NCBI GenBank assembly: GCA_001468925.1
Contig: LDIX01000005.1
Span: forward strand, 2,184-66,183
Source: a candidate division TM6 bacterium UASB340
GTDB lineage: Bacteria; Babelota; Babeliae; Babelales; UASB340
Length of the DNA stretch: 64,000 bases
Direction: 5' to 3'
In this document: positions 39,673 through 46,942 of the stretch, piece after piece
How the letters are laid out: every line of letters begins with the position of its first letter
How positions within the stretch are numbered: the first letter of the stretch is position 1
Notes under the pieces: generated by a model
The model's input: only the letters and a program-made list of their open reading frames with translations
What the model was told of the DNA's origin: nothing
Databases searched by the model: none
Program-made: the position numbers and the translations under genes

Positions 39673-40134
39673 ATGGCTAAGCACGTTGGTGTAAAATTAC
39701 CGGAAGATTTAGTTAATCTTTTAAAAAGAAAAAAAACTGTTGCAATTTTAGCAACATTCTCAGAAAAGGGCGTTCCAAATACAACTCCGGTACAGTGTAT
39801 TTATCCTAAAGGCGATGAAAGTTTATTGCTTACAATTCATAAAGAACATACCGGTTATCGCAATATGGTTTGGCAAAAAAAGATTATGTTATGCTTTCTT
39901 GGTGAAGGAAATGTTGCATACAGCGTTTTAGGCCGAGCCGGCGTAGTCAGAGCTCCTTCAATGGTTCATCCGTTAATGAATGTGGTCAGAATTGATACTA
40001 TTGATATCAAATCCGATCGCTCCATTTTGACAAGAGTGGATCAAGGCGTTTTGTGGAGCTTTACTTCAACAGAAGCAGATGAATTAATAAAGAGTCTATT
40101 TAAAGAACTTGAAGATCTAGCCAAAACCCTATAA
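39673..40134 (+). CDS. pyridoxamine-5'-phosphate-oxidase-like FMN-binding family protein (putative)
   Basis: The size and the pattern TVAILATFSEKGVPNTTPV...LLLTIHKEHTGYRNM...KIMLCF resemble the split-barrel PNPOx-like fold. This is a low-specificity call. Confidence 0.4.
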   Translation: MAKHVGVKLPEDLVNLLKRKKTVAILATFSEKGVPNTTPVQCIYPKGDESLLLTIHKEHTGYRNMVWQKKIMLCFLGEGNVAYSVLGRAGVVRAPSMVHPLMNVVRIDTIDIKSDRSILTRVDQGVLWSFTSTEADELIKSLFKELEDLAKTL

Positions 40135-40192
40135 TATTCATAAAAGATATAATTAAGATAGAGTTGTAATTTTTTAAAAAAGGGCTCTTAAT

Positions 40193-41260
40193 ATGAATAT
40201 TTGTATGAAGTTATTAGGTTTGTCTGCTTTATTCCTATTTTTTTTAAATGCTCAAGAGGCAGATGTTATTGAACAACAATTTGAAAATGCCAATTTGCAA
40301 GATATAAATCCTCCTGAAGTAACTGAAAATATTGTTGACACTGTTGAAAAATTAGAAGAATCAGAAAAAGAAACTAAAATTAATGGTATAGATAATGTTA
40401 ATTTTTCTGAAGAGAAAATTGGCACTCAGGGGAATTGGTTAAAAAAAAGAGAATGGCTAAAGTCTTCATATGCTGTAAATGATGAAATTCAAAATATTGT
40501 TTCAGAAATTAAATCAATGCCCGGTCAGTACAATGAACAATTTAGTAAAATAGATAAAGAGCTTGATGAATTTTATAAAAAAGAAGGTTTTAATCAAGCA
40601 AACAGTGCCGGATTATTTGCAGGAATTAAAAAATATTTAAGTCATAGAAAAAAATATTATAAAGAACAAATTAAAAGCGGTGTTACAACTGAGGGCGAAA
40701 TAGAAATTGATGATTTGTTAAAAATAACCAAAGATTTAAAAACAAAATCAGAACAACTTCGTTTGGATATTAAATCAATATATGATCTTGATAGGTCAAT
40801 AAGAGACAGATTAAAAAAACTTGATGACCTAGAAAAAATGGCGCTTGAAGAATCTTCAAAATCTGCTCAGATGGTCGAAGAGATTTGGAATATAATTGAT
40901 GATAAAAAAGCTAGAACAATTTATTATCAACTCAAAGGTGATTCGTTAGAAAAAGTTAATGCTATCAAAAAATATGTAACTCAAACATTGTGGCAAGATT
41001 TTAATAATTTTATTGAATTAATTAAAACGCAAATGAATATTGTTTCAGAATCTATTGCTTCATTGGAAAAAGACGGCTTAATAATAAAAGATCGAACTGA
41101 AAGATTGAAAGATATAAAAAAGATTCAAGAAGATGAAGCTAAGAGATTGGCTGAATTGGCGGCATTAAAAAAACTTGAACAAAATAGATCTTGGTATCAA
41201 AAATTCTATTCTTATATTGTAGATATATTTGCAAAAATTTATAATTTTCTTTCAAATTAA
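40193..41260 (+). CDS. hypothetical exported coiled-coil protein
   Basis: Signal peptide, an acidic N-terminal stretch, long heptad-like K/E-rich helices and an aromatic C-terminal tail. Confidence 0.5.
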   Translation: MNICMKLLGLSALFLFFLNAQEADVIEQQFENANLQDINPPEVTENIVDTVEKLEESEKETKINGIDNVNFSEEKIGTQGNWLKKREWLKSSYAVNDEIQNIVSEIKSMPGQYNEQFSKIDKELDEFYKKEGFNQANSAGLFAGIKKYLSHRKKYYKEQIKSGVTTEGEIEIDDLLKITKDLKTKSEQLRLDIKSIYDLDRSIRDRLKKLDDLEKMALEESSKSAQMVEEIWNIIDDKKARTIYYQLKGDSLEKVNAIKKYVTQTLWQDFNNFIELIKTQMNIVSESIASLEKDGLIIKDRTERLKDIKKIQEDEAKRLAELAALKKLEQNRSWYQKFYSYIVDIFAKIYNFLSN

Positions 41261-41284
41261 TATATAAAAGGGAGATATATAAAA

Positions 41285-42649
41285 ATGAAAACTTACCAAA
41301 ATTCTATTTATTTAATTTTTTTTGTTAGTTTTTGTAATTTTAATTTAATATTTAGTCAAGATAACACTGTGCCTACAGTTAAGACAACTGAAGCACAAGA
41401 ATCTTCCAATTTTGAAAATGATTCATCCTTAGAAGATTTGTCAAAAATTAATCAAGCGCAAAAAGATGTAAAACAACCTGAACAAGTTGATAAAAGTAAT
41501 GAATTGGCGCAAGAATCTGAAAAATTATCCAAAGTTGGCGAAATTGAAAAATCACAAAGCGGACCTGTAAGTGATGATCAATCAACTATTGAACCAGCTG
41601 CTAAAGTTGATAGATCTGGAGATTTATCCGAATCAAACCAACAAGATAATATGTCTGAAAATGTTAGTGAAGTAAAAACTATTCCAGCGCCTAACGAACC
41701 TGAAAATGTAAAACAAGAAAATGATGTTGTAATAAATCAGGAAGTTGCCAAAGAAGAACCAAAAACAACAGAACAAAAATCAAATGATAGCTTAAAAAAA
41801 ATTGAGTTGCAGGAATCTATAAATGCTTTGTTTGATAATGAAAAATCTATAAAAGACGTGGCAATATATATTCAGGAGCTTCGATCTGTTTTGTCGAAAA
41901 TAGATGCGATTATTCAAGAATTTAAAATACAAAGAGATTTGGCTCGAGAAATTTATCATGAAAAAATAGATAAATTTTTAGATGGCTTATTGATAGATTT
42001 TAATTTTGAGCAGGGTGTTATTCAGGGAAAAAATCGGTTAAATGTAATTGGTGAACAAGTAAAAACCGAAAGCGTTAATGGTTTAGATAGTATAAAAAAT
42101 AGTTTGGATAATATAGATATTTTGGAAGACAAGATTTTAGAAGTATTGGCAATTATTGATAAAGAATATGAGAGAGCTGTTAAAATTGGAATAAACGCAA
42201 AAAAATTAAATTTTGAAAATTTAGATGAGCAAAAAGTTGAAGAATTGAAAAGAGATTTACAAAAAAAGTTAAACGATGTTCAAACTATTTTTGAAAAATT
42301 AAAAAAAGAAAGCTTAAATTCTTTTAATCAACTTATTGCGAGAGCTGAAAATCTTATAGCAACGGTTGTAGAAAGTTTTGGAAAAGTAAAAAAAGATGAT
42401 ACTGAAATTGGTGATGAGGGTAATGAGCAGTCAACGCAAGTAATTGAAACTAAGTCTATTGAACCTGTAGTGTCAAAAGTAGAACCTGAAATTGTAAATG
42501 AAACAAAAAATCAAAATAAAATTTTGGGTCTTTATGAAAATGCAAAAAATTATATAAAAGATTTTTATATTAATTTAGAGCTATTCTTTAAAAATATGGC
42601 TAAAGACATTAAAGGTCGAGCCGAAGAATTAAAAAAAAGAGACAATTAA
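41285..42649 (+). CDS. hypothetical exported acidic coiled-coil protein
   Basis: Signal peptide and a ~150-aa acidic, low-complexity (E/Q/S/D/N-rich) region followed by a coiled coil. The architecture matches the preceding gene. Confidence 0.5.
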   Translation: MKTYQNSIYLIFFVSFCNFNLIFSQDNTVPTVKTTEAQESSNFENDSSLEDLSKINQAQKDVKQPEQVDKSNELAQESEKLSKVGEIEKSQSGPVSDDQSTIEPAAKVDRSGDLSESNQQDNMSENVSEVKTIPAPNEPENVKQENDVVINQEVAKEEPKTTEQKSNDSLKKIELQESINALFDNEKSIKDVAIYIQELRSVLSKIDAIIQEFKIQRDLAREIYHEKIDKFLDGLLIDFNFEQGVIQGKNRLNVIGEQVKTESVNGLDSIKNSLDNIDILEDKILEVLAIIDKEYERAVKIGINAKKLNFENLDEQKVEELKRDLQKKLNDVQTIFEKLKKESLNSFNQLIARAENLIATVVESFGKVKKDDTEIGDEGNEQSTQVIETKSIEPVVSKVEPEIVNETKNQNKILGLYENAKNYIKDFYINLELFFKNMAKDIKGRAEELKKRDN

Positions 42650-42720
42650 ACGATTGCCAATAGCTTAATTATCTGGTAAATTTTGCATGTCTTAGTGATG
42701 TTCTTTAATATGAATTGACT

Positions 42721-42807
42721 GCCGAGATGGCGAAACTGGTAGACGCACTGCTTTAAGGGGGCAGCGGGAGTAATCCCGTAGGAGTTCGAGTCTCCTTCTC
42801 GGCACCA
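42721..42807 (+). tRNA. tRNA-Leu, type II (long variable arm), anticodon read as AAG, CCA encoded
   Basis: Hand-folded cloverleaf: acceptor GCCGAGA/TCTCGGC, D arm GCG-AAACTGGTAGA-CGC, anticodon arm CTGCT-TTAAGGG-GGCAG, variable arm CGGGAGTAATCCCGT, T arm AGGAG-TTCGAGT-CTCCT. Confidence 0.9.
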
Positions 42808-42870
42808 TACTTCGCCCCGTCTACGCGTAAAGCTTCGACGGGCAAGCAAGGCTACGTATGGCAGGCCATT
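42808..42870 (+). repeat. conserved tRNA 3' trailer motif (long version)
   Basis: TACTTCGC...GCTACGTATGGCAGGCCA starts immediately after the CCA. The same two blocks follow the second tRNA. This copy has an inserted CCCGTC/GACGGG hairpin. Confidence 0.45.
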
Positions 42871-42918
42871 AAGAATTTGGAATAAATTTATGTTTTTAGA
42901 TATTATTGCAAGGAGAGT

Positions 42919-44571
42919 TTGATGACTTCAAAAGTTGCTAGATTTTTTTTATCAAAATTTATGTTTTGGATTTTGGTAGTAGTTGTTGGATGCTATTTTT
43001 TATTTTCCATTGATATGAAAAAAGTTGAAAAAATGGAAACTGAAAATGGCAAAAAATTTTCTTTTGTAGAAAAAATTTATAAATCCATATCGATGCCGCA
43101 CTTAAAATTAGGAATAGATCTTCAAGGTGGAACTTATTTGGTTTTGGGTGTAGAAGTTGAAAAAGCGGTTGATGCAAAATTAAAATTAGAAAATAAAAAT
43201 TTGGATCAAATATTTAAAACCGGAGATTTGAAAGTTTGGCCGATAAAAAGAGAAGTAATTGATTCAAATTTGGTTTTATCTTTCAATGATGAAAATGATG
43301 CAAAAAGTTGCGCTTCGTTAATTAAAAAAGATGATTTTATTTTAAAAACATCTGTAAAAGATACAAATGTAGTTTGTACATTAACTTCGGCTGAAGAGCA
43401 ACGTATTCGTATGGGCTCAGTTGAACAAGCTGTTAATGTTTTAAATAATAGATTGAGCGGATTTGGTGTTGAAGGAATTGTTGTTCAACAGCATGGCGAT
43501 AGACAAATAGTCGTACAACTTCCGGGTGTTGATGATCCGGACCGTGTAAAAGCTGTTATAACTCAAACGGCAAAACTTGATTTTAAGATAGTTGAAAAAA
43601 CTGCAAGAAGCGAACGCGAAATAGTTGATGATTTTGATGGCGATTTGCCTGCAGACAAAATGATTGTCAGAGGAAAAGTAAAACGTGGTCAAATGGCCGA
43701 TGAAGAATCCGGTAGTTATTATCTGGTTTCGGCATTTCCTGATTTAACAGGAGATCATATTGTTGATGCAAGAGTAACTTATGACCAATACAATAGAATT
43801 GCAGTAAGCTTTAGTTTGGATGCATCCGGAGCAAGTAAATTTAAAGAGTTGACAGGAAATAATATTGGAAAACAGTTGGGTATAATAATTGACAATGTTA
43901 TGTACTCTGCACCTACGGTTCAATCGGAAATTGGTTCATCCGGCCAGATTACCGGTAATTTCTCACCTGAAGAAGGTAATGATTTGGCACTTGTTTTAAG
44001 ATCGGGTGCATTGATAGCTCCTATTAAATTTGAACAAGAAACTCGTGTTGGAGCATCATTGGGTCAAGATTCAATAAATAAAGGTATTATGGCCTGTGTA
44101 GTTGCTCTTTTAGCATTATTCTTCTTTAGTATTATTTATTATAAAACTGCAGGTTTGTTTGCCGTTTTAGCATTAATATTTAATATGTTTTTGATTTTAC
44201 TTTTACTTTCATATTTTGATTCTGCATTAACATTGTCAGGTATTGCAGGTATTGTTCTTACAATCGGTATGGCAATAGATGCATCCGTTTTGATATATGA
44301 AGGTGTAAAAGAAGAGTTAAAAAACGGCATACCATTTAGAAAAGCATTAAATGACGGCTTTAAAGGTGCCTTTGTTGTTATTTTAGATTCAAACATTACT
44401 ACATTTTTAACCGGATTTGTATTATTTAAGTTTGGTGGACCTGCAATAAGAGGTTTTGCTGTAACATTGATGGTTGGTATTTTGGCAACCGTTATTTCAG
44501 GTGTTTATTTTTTAAAATCAGTGTTTGATTTTATTTTGGATAATACTAAAATTAAAGACATCAACGTTTAA
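42919..44571 (+). CDS. secD: protein translocase subunit SecD
   Basis: N-terminal TM segment, LGIDLQGG motif, a large periplasmic domain and a C-terminal six-TM block with GIAGIVLTIGMAIDASVLIYE. No secF is adjacent. Confidence 0.85.
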   Translation: MMTSKVARFFLSKFMFWILVVVVGCYFLFSIDMKKVEKMETENGKKFSFVEKIYKSISMPHLKLGIDLQGGTYLVLGVEVEKAVDAKLKLENKNLDQIFKTGDLKVWPIKREVIDSNLVLSFNDENDAKSCASLIKKDDFILKTSVKDTNVVCTLTSAEEQRIRMGSVEQAVNVLNNRLSGFGVEGIVVQQHGDRQIVVQLPGVDDPDRVKAVITQTAKLDFKIVEKTARSEREIVDDFDGDLPADKMIVRGKVKRGQMADEESGSYYLVSAFPDLTGDHIVDARVTYDQYNRIAVSFSLDASGASKFKELTGNNIGKQLGIIIDNVMYSAPTVQSEIGSSGQITGNFSPEEGNDLALVLRSGALIAPIKFEQETRVGASLGQDSINKGIMACVVALLALFFFSIIYYKTAGLFAVLALIFNMFLILLLLSYFDSALTLSGIAGIVLTIGMAIDASVLIYEGVKEELKNGIPFRKALNDGFKGAFVVILDSNITTFLTGFVLFKFGGPAIRGFAVTLMVGILATVISGVYFLKSVFDFILDNTKIKDINV

Positions 44572-44580
44572 GATTTGTGT

Positions 44581-44657
44581 GGCGACGTAGCTCAGCTGGT
44601 TAGAGCGACGGAATCATAATCCGTAGGTCCGGGGTTCGATTCCCTGCGTCGCTACCA
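44581..44657 (+). tRNA. tRNA with CAT anticodon (elongator Met or lysidine-modified Ile2), CCA encoded
   Basis: Cloverleaf: acceptor GGCGACG/CGTCGCT, D arm GCTC-AGCTGGTTAG-AGC, anticodon arm ACGGA-ATCATAA-TCCGT, T arm CGGGG-TTCGATT-CCCTG. It lacks the GGG/CCC anticodon stem of an initiator. Confidence 0.9.
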
Positions 44658-44690
44658 TACTTCGCTAAAGCTACGTATGGCAGGCCAGAC
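44658..44690 (+). repeat. conserved tRNA 3' trailer motif (short version)
   Basis: TACTTCGCTAAAGCTACGTATGGCAGGCCAG. CCATAC (including the CCA end) can pair with GTATGG. Confidence 0.45.
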
Positions 44691-44852
44691 CAAAAACTGT
44701 ATTTTCTTAATTTTCTTTTTTTTATATTTTATTTTATATAATCTGTTTAAATAATATGAATTAGATAGTGTGTGTTTATAATAAAAAATTTATTATAAAT
44801 AATACAAACGTGAGAATTAATTTTTAGCAAAAAGCAGTTTTGCGCTGTGCGA

Positions 44853-44982
44853 GAAGGGCGATAGCCCTTCGCTACCACAGTAACGCCATGCCAGAGGCAG
44901 GCTTTTTTGTTTTTTATAATAAATTCGAGTTAGCCCACTTCAGATGGGCGATATTGGGTTAGCGAACGGCTATCGCCGTTCG
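44853..44982. repeat. structured GC-rich repeat family 2, copy A (MITE-like, long hairpin-containing inverted ends)
   Basis: The left end is GAAGGGC-GATA-GCCCTTC GCTACCA...GCCATGCC-AGA-GGCAGGC. The right end, reverse-complemented, is CGAACGGC-GATA-GCCGTTC GCTAACC...CGCCCATCTGAAGTGGGC. An AT-rich spacer lies between them. Confidence 0.6.
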
Positions 44983-45013
44983 AGATACAAACGTAGTAAA
45001 CGCTAGGAAAATT

Positions 45014-46837
45014 ATGAAATTTATAGAAGTTGCCAAAATTTTTGATCTTATCGAAAAAGAATCATCCAGAACTGAAATGACAAAACTTTTGGCCGATTTA
45101 TTCAAAACTGCCACTCCAAATCAGGCTGCAATAATTTCTTATTTAACTCTTGGTGAATTAAATCCGACATACATCGGAACACAGTTTAATTTTGCATCAA
45201 AAAGCATGATCAAAGTTCTTGCCAAATTTTTAAACAAAAGTGAAAACGTAATTAATTTAAGAGCGCAAACGCTTGGCGATTTGGGGCTATTGATACAGGA
45301 ATATGATATATCCGGAAAAAGTGAGCCATTAACTTTAAACGAAGTAGAAAATTATCTTCAAGATTTTTTGAAAATTTCAGGCGATGGTGCTGTTGAAAAA
45401 AAAGAAATTTTGTTACTTGAGCTTTTTGAAAAGCTCGATTCACTTTCTATAAAATATGTAATTAGAATTATTTTGGGAAAACTTAGACTTGGCTTTTCAG
45501 ATATGACTTTGCTTGATGCTTTTTCTTGGATGTATGCGGGTAATAAATCTATAAGATTGGATCTTGAAGAAGCCTATAATGTTTGTGTTGATATTGGCAT
45601 GATAATTAGAGTTCTAAAAGAAGATGGTCTTGAAAAATTAAAAAAACATACAATTGTTACCGGTATTCCTGTGCGTCCTGCAGCGGCAGAAAGATTGCCA
45701 AATGCAAAAGATATTTTTCAAAAATTAGGCAAATGTGTAGCTCAACCCAAACTTGATGGATTTAGACTACAAGTGCATATTGATAACACTAAAAGTAAGC
45801 CACATGTTAATTTTTTTTCAAGAAATCTTCAAGATATGTCCGATATGTTTCCGGATCTTAAAAAAGCAGTTTTGGATTTAAAGGTAAAAACTTTGGTAGC
45901 TGAAGGTGAAGCTATTGCTTATGACGTTCATACCGGAACATTTTTGCCTTTTCAAGAAACTGTTAAAAGAAAAAGAAAATATGATATTGAACAAACTGCG
46001 CAAGACTTTCCATTAAAATTGTATTTTTTTGATCTTTTATATTTAAATGGAGAATCTTTTCTTGATAAAACTCATGAAGAAAGAAGAACAAAACTTTTGA
46101 CAGTTGCTACAACTAAAAAAGAAGATACCGTTTTTGTTGTTGAAGAAAAAAAAATTGATTCGTCAAAAGAACTAGAAAAATATTTTGAAGAAAATATATC
46201 TTTGGGACTTGAAGGCCTTGTTGTAAAAAAAACTAATGCCCTTTATCAGGCTGGAAAAAGAAATTTTAATTGGATAAAACTAAAACGCCAAGAGTCGGGA
46301 CATTTAGACGATACTATCGATTGCGTGATATTAGGTTACTATAAAGGCAAAGGTAAACGAGCTTCATTTGGCATAGGGGCGTTACTTGTTGGTATTTATA
46401 ACAAAAAACAAGATATCTTTCAGACTGTTGCAAAAATTGGAACCGGGCTTACAGATTTGGGATTGAAAGAGGTCAAAGAGAAGTGTGACCAAATTAAAGT
46501 TGTTAATAGACCTAAAAATGTTGAGTGTGCTAAAGAACTTTATCCTGATGCCTGGATTAGCCCTGAAATTGTTTGTCTTATAAGAGCTGATGAAATTACA
46601 TTATCACCGTTGCATTCTGCAGGTAAGACTGAAGATGAAGATGGGCTTGCACTGCGATTTCCAAGATTTATGGGCTATAGACCGGATAAAAGTGCTTATG
46701 AATCAACTTCTTTAGTTGAATTGAAAGAACTTTATTCTTTACAGTTTGAGGGTAAAGAGAAGAAATCAAAAAGAAAGTTGTCTAAAAAGACTAAAATTAA
46801 AGATGAGATTGATAAAAAAATATTAAGTATTTTTTGA
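45014..46837 (+). CDS. ATP-dependent DNA ligase (Lig1/archaeal-type, DBD + adenylation + OB domains)
   Basis: Motif I AQPKLDGFRLQVH (KxDG), EGEAIAYD, LYFFDLLYLNG, EGLVVKK and NWIKLKR. The 607-aa length implies an N-terminal DNA-binding domain. Confidence 0.9.
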   Translation: MKFIEVAKIFDLIEKESSRTEMTKLLADLFKTATPNQAAIISYLTLGELNPTYIGTQFNFASKSMIKVLAKFLNKSENVINLRAQTLGDLGLLIQEYDISGKSEPLTLNEVENYLQDFLKISGDGAVEKKEILLLELFEKLDSLSIKYVIRIILGKLRLGFSDMTLLDAFSWMYAGNKSIRLDLEEAYNVCVDIGMIIRVLKEDGLEKLKKHTIVTGIPVRPAAAERLPNAKDIFQKLGKCVAQPKLDGFRLQVHIDNTKSKPHVNFFSRNLQDMSDMFPDLKKAVLDLKVKTLVAEGEAIAYDVHTGTFLPFQETVKRKRKYDIEQTAQDFPLKLYFFDLLYLNGESFLDKTHEERRTKLLTVATTKKEDTVFVVEEKKIDSSKELEKYFEENISLGLEGLVVKKTNALYQAGKRNFNWIKLKRQESGHLDDTIDCVILGYYKGKGKRASFGIGALLVGIYNKKQDIFQTVAKIGTGLTDLGLKEVKEKCDQIKVVNRPKNVECAKELYPDAWISPEIVCLIRADEITLSPLHSAGKTEDEDGLALRFPRFMGYRPDKSAYESTSLVELKELYSLQFEGKEKKSKRKLSKKTKIKDEIDKKILSIF

Positions 46838-46942
46838 TCAGTTATTTATAAATCATCAAAAAATATTTTTAATTGAATTTATAGTTTTATATAATCTATG
46901 TTCATATAAAAAACTTATTATTTATTTTAATTGGGGATGGTT

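Noticed and set aside
42646-42849. 67-aa minus-strand ORF.
   Set aside because: It completely overlaps tRNA-Leu and its GC-rich trailer on the opposite strand. The open frame is a by-product of the GC-rich tRNA sequence.
44775-44799. AT-only inverted repeat TTTATAATAAA-AAA-TTTATTATAAA upstream of repeat copy A.
   Set aside because: Palindromes of pure A/T are expected by chance at this base composition, and it has no second copy.
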